From an uncultured delta proteobacterium (lineage in GTDB: Bacteria > Desulfobacterota > Desulfomonilia > UBA1062), in NCBI GenBank assembly GCA_963798485.1, contig CAWCTR010000017.1, forward strand, positions 96,001-160,000: DNA of 64,000 bases, written 5' to 3'. Of the stretch, positions 56,982 to 64,000 are shown in pieces. The stretch's first letter is position 1, and each line of letters starts with the position of its first letter. The notes beneath the pieces were generated by a model. It was not told the origin of the DNA and did not search any database. It was given only the letters and a program-made list of their open reading frames with translations. A program made the position numbers and the translations under genes.

Positions 56982-58160
56982 ATGGGTAAGGTACGCAAAG
57001 GAATCGAGGTTTCCATCGCTATCGCCGACGCCGTCGCGCAGGCGGACGTGGACGTTATCGCCGCGTATCCCATCACACCGCAGACACATATCGTGGAGCA
57101 CCTTGCCGACATCGTGGCCGAGGGTGAGCTCGACGCCGAGTTCATCCCGGTGGACAGCGAACATTCAGCCATGAGCGTCTGCTGCGGATCAGCCGCCGTG
57201 GGCGCAAGGACATTCACCTCCACGAGCTCCCAGGGGCTCGCGCTCATGAGCGAGATCTTCTTTATAACCGCAGCCATGAGGTTGCCCGTCGTCATGGCGC
57301 TGGCTAACAGGTCGCTGTCCGGGCCCCTGTCCATCTGGAACGACCACACCGACGTCATGATGGTCCGCGATGCCGGCTGGATCCACCTCTTTACGGAAAA
57401 CGGCCAGGAGGCCTACGACAACACATTCTGCGCCTTTAGGATTTCGGAAGACCCCAAGGTCATGCTGCCGGTTGCCGTGAACTTTGACGGGTTCATCCTC
57501 ACGCACATGATCGAGCCTATAGAATACGAGGATGACGAGCTCATCAAGCAGTATCTGCCCAAGTATGAGATGAAGAATGCACTTCATCCGGACAAACCCG
57601 TATCCATGGGCTGCTTCGCAATGCCCGAGATCTACACCGAGGCCCAGATGAACAGGGAGCAGGGCGTAGTGAACTCGTATCCCCTTATCCTCAAGGCATG
57701 GGAAGAGTGGGGCAAGCTCACCGGCAGGCACTATAAGCCGGTAGAGACCTACCGGGCGGATGATGCGGAATACTGCATCGTCACCATGGGCTCCTACGGC
57801 GAGACGGCCGGTGAGGTGGTGGATGCGCTCCGCGAGAAAGGTGAGAAGGTGGGACTGGTGAAGATCCGTTTATGGAGGCCGTTCCCCTTCGAAGATTTCC
57901 GCAAGGCAGTGCTGGGGAAGAAATCTCTCATCGTGATCGACCGCGCCATCAGCTTCGGCGGGCCCGGCGGCCCTGTGGCGCTCGAGCTGCGCTCCGCTCT
58001 GTACAAGAAGAAGGGAGCACCGACAATCGTCAATTATATTGCCGGTCTTGCCGGTAGAGACGTTTCCCGGAAGGATTTCACGAACATCATCCTGGAAGGC
58101 AAGAAAAAGGCGGCATCCAGAAAAACAGACGGGTTCACCCTTTATGGGTTGAGAGGATAA
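56982..58160 (+). CDS. porA: Oxidoreductase alpha subunit
   Basis: AAYPITPQT, SEHSAMS, WRPFP. Confidence 0.93.
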   Translation: MGKVRKGIEVSIAIADAVAQADVDVIAAYPITPQTHIVEHLADIVAEGELDAEFIPVDSEHSAMSVCCGSAAVGARTFTSTSSQGLALMSEIFFITAAMRLPVVMALANRSLSGPLSIWNDHTDVMMVRDAGWIHLFTENGQEAYDNTFCAFRISEDPKVMLPVAVNFDGFILTHMIEPIEYEDDELIKQYLPKYEMKNALHPDKPVSMGCFAMPEIYTEAQMNREQGVVNSYPLILKAWEEWGKLTGRHYKPVETYRADDAEYCIVTMGSYGETAGEVVDALREKGEKVGLVKIRLWRPFPFEDFRKAVLGKKSLIVIDRAISFGGPGGPVALELRSALYKKKGAPTIVNYIAGLAGRDVSRKDFTNIILEGKKKAASRKTDGFTLYGLRG

Positions 58161-58170
58161 GGAGACGGGT

Positions 58171-59097
58171 ATGGATCGATTCTCGGTTTTTTCAGCGCGG
58201 CTTGTCGACAAGTCTGAGAATTTCACCTCGGGCCACAGAGCATGTCAGGGTTGTGCAGAGGCCCTGGCCGTGCGCCACGTGGTTAAAGCCCTGGGCCGGG
58301 ATACCATTATAGCTATGGCAACGGGCTGTATGGAGATCATCTCATCGCCGCTCCCCTTGACCTCATGGAAGCTGCCCTGGATTCACAACGCCTTTGAAAA
58401 CCCCGCTGCCGTTATCTCCGGCTGCGAGAGGGGTATGAAGGCCATGATGCGCAAGGGCAAACTGCCTCAAAAGAAGATCAACTTCGTAGCCATGGGCGGA
58501 GACGGTGCAACGGCCGACATCGGCATGGGATCGCTCTCCGGTGCGCTCGAGCGCGGACACGACATGCTCTATGTGTGCTATGACAACGAAGCCTACATGA
58601 ATACCGGTATACAGCGGTCGAGTTCCACACCGTTCGGAGCAAGCACCACCACAAGCCCTGCAGGCAAGAAGAGCATAGGTCAGACTACCCAGAAGAAGAA
58701 CATGCCGAAGATAGCCGTTGCGCACAACATTCCGTATGTGGCTACGGCATGCTCCAGCTTCCCCTTCGACCTCATGGAGAAGGTGAAGAAGGCTGCGGAG
58801 ACGCCAGGACCTGCCTATGTGCACGTACTCTCGGTATGCCCCACCGGGTGGAGGATACCGCCCGATGAAGCCATCAGATACGGAAGATTTGCGGTGGATT
58901 CATGCGTGTTCCCGCTGTACGAGGTTGTAAACGGCAAGTACAAGATCTCGTATGAGCCCAAGAAGATCATCGCCGTCAAGGAGTACCTGAGCGGCCAAGG
59001 CAGGTTCAGGCACCTGACGGACAATGAGATCGAGCAGATTCAGGAAGCAGTGACCAGAGACTATCAGAAGCTCGTGAAACTGAGTGAAGAGGAATAA
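58171..59097 (+). CDS. porB: Oxidoreductase beta subunit
   Basis: GHRACQGC, TGCMEI, GGDGATADIG, YDNEAYMNTGIQRS, CPTGW. Confidence 0.93.
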   Translation: MDRFSVFSARLVDKSENFTSGHRACQGCAEALAVRHVVKALGRDTIIAMATGCMEIISSPLPLTSWKLPWIHNAFENPAAVISGCERGMKAMMRKGKLPQKKINFVAMGGDGATADIGMGSLSGALERGHDMLYVCYDNEAYMNTGIQRSSSTPFGASTTTSPAGKKSIGQTTQKKNMPKIAVAHNIPYVATACSSFPFDLMEKVKKAAETPGPAYVHVLSVCPTGWRIPPDEAIRYGRFAVDSCVFPLYEVVNGKYKISYEPKKIIAVKEYLSGQGRFRHLTDNEIEQIQEAVTRDYQKLVKLSEEE

Positions 59098-59099
59098 CC

Positions 59100-59558
59100 A
59101 TGGCTGTAGATATCAAAAAGGTAGACGAGATCATCTCCCGGTACGATAAATCAGAGGAATCGCTTCTGGCGATCATGCAGGACTTTCAGAGGGAGTTTCA
59201 CTACGTTCCTGAAGAAGGGATGAAGAGGCTCTCCGATTACCTGTATGTCCCCGAAAGCAAGATTTATGCGATGGGGACTTTCTACAGGGCCCTTTCGCTG
59301 GAGCCCAGAGGCAAATATACCGTCAAGGTCTGCATGGGTACTGCCTGCCACCTCAAAGGTTCCGGACAGATCATGGAGGTCATTGACCGGGAGTTGGATG
59401 TAACACGGAGCCATACTACCGTTGACCAGCGGTACACCATTGAGAGCGTGAACTGCCTGGGCGCATGCGCTATGGCCCCTGTAGTGGTGGTGGGAGAGGA
59501 TTATTACGGCCACATGAGACCCTCAAAGATCATGGATGTCCTTAACAAATACAAGTAG
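59100..59558 (+). CDS. NuoE/HydC-like [2Fe-2S] subunit
   Basis: VCMGTACHLKG, CLGACAMAPV. Confidence 0.92.
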   Translation: MAVDIKKVDEIISRYDKSEESLLAIMQDFQREFHYVPEEGMKRLSDYLYVPESKIYAMGTFYRALSLEPRGKYTVKVCMGTACHLKGSGQIMEVIDRELDVTRSHTTVDQRYTIESVNCLGACAMAPVVVVGEDYYGHMRPSKIMDVLNKYK

Positions 59559-59565
59559 AAGGTGA

Positions 59566-61428
59566 ATGCAGATGGAATCTATAAGGTCTTTCGAGCAGCT
59601 GGAACAGTATAGAGGGAGACTCAAGGCATCAGTGAACGCAGATCTCCCCACGGTCATGATTTGCTTCGGCACGGGCTGCCAGGCGAACGGCTCCCGCGAA
59701 GTGGCCGATGCCTTTGCCGAGGAGATCAAGCAGCAAGGGCTCAAGGTGAATGTGGAAATCGGGCTCAAAACCACCGGTTGCCATGGATACTGCGAGAATG
59801 GTCCGCTGGTTGCGCTTCGTCCGAGCGATATCCTCTATCTGAGGGTGGCTCCTAAAGATGTCCCCGAGATCGTGGAAAAAAGCATCAAGAACAATGAGGT
59901 CATTGAGCGGCTCGTCTATACGGATGTGAACACCAAAGAGAAGATCGCCCAGTACCAGAGCATACCCTTCTATAAATTCCAGAAGCGCATAGCACTTAGG
60001 AATATCGGGCATATCGACCCGACATCCATCGACGATTACCTGCTCTCTGATGGATATAAGGGTCTTTCCAAGGCACTCACCATGGACTCGGAGGCCATCA
60101 TAAAGGAAGTCGAGGCCTCGGGTCTGAGGGGGCGCGGAGGCGGAGGGTTCCCCACGGGCACCAAATGGCGCTCCTGCAAGGCCGTAGAATCTGATGTCCG
60201 CTATGTCATGTGCAACGGCGACGAGGGCGACCCGGGTGCATTCATGGACCGTTCCATCATGGAAGGCGATCCGCATTCCGTGCTGGAGGGTATGATCATC
60301 GGCGGGTATGCAGTAGGCGCACATATGGGTTACATCTACGTGCGCGATGAATACCCCCTTGCCGTGAAAAACCTTCAGGGTGCACTCCAGGAAGCCAGGA
60401 AAGCAGGCTTCATCGGGAAGGACATCCTGGGATCGGGCTTTGATTTTGATATAAAGATCAGCAGGGGCGGAGGCGCGTTCGTCTGCGGTGAGTCTTCGGC
60501 GCTTATGAGATCGCTGGAAGGCAAGGTGGGCGAGCCCAGGGCAAAATACATCCGCTCTGTTGAAAAAGGTCTCTATGACAAACCCTCCGTGCTCAACAAC
60601 GTGGAAACCTGGAACAATGTTCCGGTGATCATGTTGAACGGCGCCGATTGGTATGCAGGGTTCGGCACCAAAGGCTCCAAGGGGACGAAGGTATTCTCCC
60701 TGGTGGGCAAGGTGAACAACACCGGCTTGGTGGAGGTGCCAATGGGCATCACCATCAAAGAGCTCGTAGAGAAGATCGGCGGCGGGGTACTGGGCGGCAA
60801 AGGATTCAAGGCCGTGCAGACCGGCGGACCATCCGGCGGATGCATCCCGAAGAAGCTCTCGGACCTTCCTATAGACTTTGACAGCCTTACCGAGGTCGGG
60901 TCCATGATGGGCTCCGGCGGTATTATCGTCATGGACGAAGACACCTGCATGGTGGATGTGGCCAAGTATTTCATTCACTTCCTTGTAGAGGAGTCGTGCG
61001 GAAAGTGTACGCCCTGCAGGGACGGGCTGCCCAGGATGCTGAGCATCCTCACCGCCATTACAGAAGGAAAAGGCAAAGAAGGCGACATAGAGGCCCTTAA
61101 AGAACTCTGCGATGTACTCAGTTACGGAGCCCTGTGCGGATTGGGGACTTCGGCGGCGAACCCGGTGCTCTCTACCATCAAGTATTTCGAGGACGAGTAT
61201 ATTGCCCATATCAAAGACAAGAAATGTCCTGCCGGTGTATGCAAGAAACTGATCACCTACCGGATCGACAAGGAAGCATGCACGGGATGCACGCTGTGTG
61301 CGAAAAAGTGCCCCCAGGAATGCATCATGGGCGAGCGCAAACTGGCGCATATTATTGATGAGAGCCAGTGCATCAGGTGCGGCGTATGCAAAGACGTCTG
61401 TAACTTCAATGCTGTCAGGATCGAATAG
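59566..61428 (+). CDS. NuoF/HydB-like FMN/NADH-binding subunit with N-terminal [2Fe-2S] and C-terminal 2x[4Fe-4S]
   Basis: [47 protein letters not shown], two CxxCxxCxxxCP motifs. Confidence 0.94.
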   Translation: MQMESIRSFEQLEQYRGRLKASVNADLPTVMICFGTGCQANGSREVADAFAEEIKQQGLKVNVEIGLKTTGCHGYCENGPLVALRPSDILYLRVAPKDVPEIVEKSIKNNEVIERLVYTDVNTKEKIAQYQSIPFYKFQKRIALRNIGHIDPTSIDDYLLSDGYKGLSKALTMDSEAIIKEVEASGLRGRGGGGFPTGTKWRSCKAVESDVRYVMCNGDEGDPGAFMDRSIMEGDPHSVLEGMIIGGYAVGAHMGYIYVRDEYPLAVKNLQGALQEARKAGFIGKDILGSGFDFDIKISRGGGAFVCGESSALMRSLEGKVGEPRAKYIRSVEKGLYDKPSVLNNVETWNNVPVIMLNGADWYAGFGTKGSKGTKVFSLVGKVNNTGLVEVPMGITIKELVEKIGGGVLGGKGFKAVQTGGPSGGCIPKKLSDLPIDFDSLTEVGSMMGSGGIIVMDEDTCMVDVAKYFIHFLVEESCGKCTPCRDGLPRMLSILTAITEGKGKEGDIEALKELCDVLSYGALCGLGTSAANPVLSTIKYFEDEYIAHIKDKKCPAGVCKKLITYRIDKEACTGCTLCAKKCPQECIMGERKLAHIIDESQCIRCGVCKDVCNFNAVRIE

Positions 61429-61437
61429 GAAGCTGCC

Positions 61438-62166
61438 ATGGAAAACGTCAAAATCATCATAAACGGACGAGAGGTCGAAGCTGTCAAGGATCAGAGCGTT
61501 CTGGACGTAGCGAGGGAGAACGGTATTCATATACCTGCCCTGTGCTATCATCCTGAAGTTACCTCGAGCGGCGGCTCCTGCCGTGTATGCCTCGTGGAGG
61601 CTCATCAGGGCGGGAAGATGAGGCTCGTCACCTCCTGCAATTACCCGGTGAGGAAAGGGCTTGAGATAAAGACCGATACGGACCTCGTGAAAAGGATTCG
61701 CAAAGGCGTGCTTGAACTCCTGCTTTCGAGGGTTCCGGACTCCGACGTGATCAAGAATATGGCCCTGAAAGACGGCATTACCCAGCCCCGGTTTTTCACG
61801 GATGAAGGTGAGGAGAACCGCTACAAGTGCATCTCATGCGGGCTCTGTGCGGCTGTATGCGAAGAGGTGGTGGGAGTCAGTGCCATTTCCATGCTGAACA
61901 GGAGCCGCGACAAGGCGCCTGGAACACCCTATAATAAACCGAGCACTACCTGCATCGGATGTGGTGCGTGCGCATATGCCTGTCCCACTAAGGCCATCTC
62001 CATGAGAGACAAGGATGATACCAGGAGGATCTGGGGAAAGCAGTTCACCATGATCAAGTGCAGTGTGTGCGGCATGCCGTATATCCCCGATGCGCAGGTG
62101 GATTGGATCGTCAAGACTACAGGCAAGGACAGGGCGTTCTTCGATAAATGTCCCGACCATCGGTAA
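61438..62166 (+). CDS. NuoG/HydA N-terminal-like Fe-S subunit with no H-cluster or molybdopterin domain
   Basis: IPALCY, GSCRVCLVE, SC, CISCGLCAAVC, CIGCGACAYACP, CSVCG...CP. Confidence 0.9.
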   Translation: MENVKIIINGREVEAVKDQSVLDVARENGIHIPALCYHPEVTSSGGSCRVCLVEAHQGGKMRLVTSCNYPVRKGLEIKTDTDLVKRIRKGVLELLLSRVPDSDVIKNMALKDGITQPRFFTDEGEENRYKCISCGLCAAVCEEVVGVSAISMLNRSRDKAPGTPYNKPSTTCIGCGACAYACPTKAISMRDKDDTRRIWGKQFTMIKCSVCGMPYIPDAQVDWIVKTTGKDRAFFDKCPDHR

Positions 62167-62351
62167 CACGTAGGCCTGTTCTAAACCCTTTTCTTGGACC
62201 GGGCATGTGTTTGGTCTTTGGTGAATCTCTAAGCCCCGGCCGATTCTCAGGGGAACCATCGCACCATCCAAAGGTCTTTCGTCTTTCATTGACAGGGAAT
62301 ACCGGGATTGGATAGCATAGGGTTCGGCTAGAACGTTTTGGAGAAGAGAGC

Positions 62352-63821
62352 ATGTTGGAATTGATATCCGATGGATTTCGCAAGGCCCAGAATATCTTCC
62401 AGGGCAAGGTCACTATTCAGGAAAAGCACATCGAGGACGCCTTAAAAGAGATCCGGATCTCGCTGTTGGAAGCGGATGTGGAATTCCATGTGGTCAAGGA
62501 ATTTATCGATAAGGTCAAAGATAAGGCCCTTGGTGAGATCGTTCACACAAAGGTCACCCATGGCGGAAAGAAGCTGAAGGTCTCCCCGGAGCAGCATTTT
62601 GTAAAGATCTGCTATGATGAACTCGTGGGTATCATGGGCCCTGTCGATACCTCGTTGAAACTGACCGGCCGTGTGGTGAGCGCGGTCATGATGGTAGGGC
62701 TTCAGGGAAGCGGCAAGACCACTACGACTGCAAAGCTTGCGCGGTTCATCCAGAAAATGGGCAAGAAGCCCATGATGGTTGCCGCCGACGTATACCGCCC
62801 TGCAGCCATTGACCAGCTCAAGGTCTTAGGGGGCCGGCTCGACATCCCCGTGTTCTATGCCCCGGGCAAGACCCCTGTCCAAATCTGCAAGGACGCTATG
62901 GAGGCGGCCCAGATCAAGGGCTGTGATGTCGTGCTCTTCGATACCGCAGGCCGGACTATTCTTGATGATACCCTCATGCAGGAGCTGGAGGATATCAAGA
63001 ACGCCACAGGGCCGGAAAATATCCTGCTCGTCGTGGATGCCATGATCGGCCAGGAGTCGGTGAATGTTGCCAAGGAGTTTGACCGAAGGCTTGACCTATC
63101 GGGTTTCATTCTCACGAAGCTCGACGGTGACGCGAGAGGCGGTGCTGCGCTTTCCATCAAGGAAGTTACCAAGAAACCCGTGAAATATCTTGGCATGGGC
63201 GAGTCTCTGGACAAGCTCGAGGAATTCCGTCCCGACGGCCTCGCATCGCGCATACTCGGACATGGCGACATCGTCGGGCTGGTGAAGGACTTCGAAGAGG
63301 TCATAGACGAGAAGAAGGCAGAGGAAGATGCCGCAAAGCTCATGCGGGGAGACTTCTCGTTCGACGATTTTCTCAAGCAGCTCAAGATGATGAAAAAGAT
63401 GGGCTCACTCACGGACATCATCGGCAAGCTGCCGCTGGGCCAGTTCGGGCTGCCCCAGGGTGTCCAGGTGGACGACCGGGAGCTTGTCCGGGTGGAGGCC
63501 ATCATCCACTCTATGACAACCTACGAGAGGGAGAACCCGGACTGCCTGAACGATAGCCGTATCAACCGTATTGCCAAGGGATGCGGCCAGCCCAGACAGA
63601 GGATAACAGAACTCATTACGCGCTTTAGCACCATGCGGCAGATCATGCAGGGCCTGGGTATGGGAAAGAAGAAGGTCCTCTCCAGGCTCGGGGTGAATCC
63701 GAATATCGCAGGCATCCTGGAAAAGGGCGCACCTAAGCCGCCCAAAAAAAACCTGGTGGATCTGAAGAGACGCAAGGATAAGAAGAAGGCTTCAAAGAAG
63801 TCCAAGAAACATAACCGCTGA
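62352..63821 (+). CDS. ffh: Signal recognition particle protein
   Basis: LLEADV, GLQGSGKTTT, DTAGR, TKLDGDARGGAALS, M-domain SMT..ER. Confidence 0.97.
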   Translation: MLELISDGFRKAQNIFQGKVTIQEKHIEDALKEIRISLLEADVEFHVVKEFIDKVKDKALGEIVHTKVTHGGKKLKVSPEQHFVKICYDELVGIMGPVDTSLKLTGRVVSAVMMVGLQGSGKTTTTAKLARFIQKMGKKPMMVAADVYRPAAIDQLKVLGGRLDIPVFYAPGKTPVQICKDAMEAAQIKGCDVVLFDTAGRTILDDTLMQELEDIKNATGPENILLVVDAMIGQESVNVAKEFDRRLDLSGFILTKLDGDARGGAALSIKEVTKKPVKYLGMGESLDKLEEFRPDGLASRILGHGDIVGLVKDFEEVIDEKKAEEDAAKLMRGDFSFDDFLKQLKMMKKMGSLTDIIGKLPLGQFGLPQGVQVDDRELVRVEAIIHSMTTYERENPDCLNDSRINRIAKGCGQPRQRITELITRFSTMRQIMQGLGMGKKKVLSRLGVNPNIAGILEKGAPKPPKKNLVDLKRRKDKKKASKKSKKHNR

Positions 63822-63887
63822 AGTACAGTGTCGCGAGCAAGCACATGTAATTTATTATGGGTTAGGTCTAAGGGGACAAGGGAGACC

Positions 63888-64000
63888 ATGGAAAATAAGG
63901 AGCTCATCATCTTCCGAAGGATTAATGAGGCCATTTCCCTTGCCCCTGATGTCGAGGCTGTGGCCCGGTCTATCCTGGACATCGTTATTGACGATACCCC
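63888..64000 (+). CDS. 5' fragment of a probable GAF-domain sensor protein (runs off the window)
   Basis: GGGAG RBS; MENKELIIFRRINEAISLAPDVEAVARSILDIVIDDT is open to the window edge. Confidence 0.55.
   Translation, partial: MENKELIIFRRINEAISLAPDVEAVARSILDIVIDDT

Noticed and set aside
59629-61605. 658-aa antisense ORF, and many other long shadow ORFs opposite core genes
   Set aside because: Antisense to well-conserved genes; an expected by-product of codon bias.
62167-62351. SRP RNA upstream of ffh
   Set aside because: The conserved TCAGG..GGAA..AGCAG domain IV motif is absent.

Overview
Chromosomal window from an anaerobic, probably Desulfobacterota-type (deltaproteobacterial) bacterium. 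The taxon is inferred from gene content only. Positions 1-~11900 are an AT-richer, decaying genomic island that abuts the 3' end of a tRNA-Asn(GTT). It holds an IS200 remnant, IS110 and IS1182 elements, and a small integrase-less attC cassette array (HNH, GIY-YIG/DUF4357, unknown protein). Its most unusual part, ~5100-9100, combines three copies of a ~110-bp non-coding repeat, two paralogous RHH-type genes, an HTH + sigma-region-2-like orphan gene whose flanks fold back on each other, and several long imperfect palindromes. The remainder is mostly core genome. It includes two complete four-subunit 2-oxoacid:ferredoxin oxidoreductase operons (the second followed directly by a NuoEFG/HydCBA-like module with no H-cluster), a sigma54 GGDEF-PilZ pair, mrcB, a deletion-riddled arsenic/chromate islet with a DUF4160/DUF2442 pair, the flgBC-fliEFGHIJ cluster with two NtrC-type activators, trpS-scpAB, an EF-G paralogue, holB, a LysR gene with a candidate divergent small RNA, and ffh. 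All base-pairings and alignments were read by eye; none was computed.
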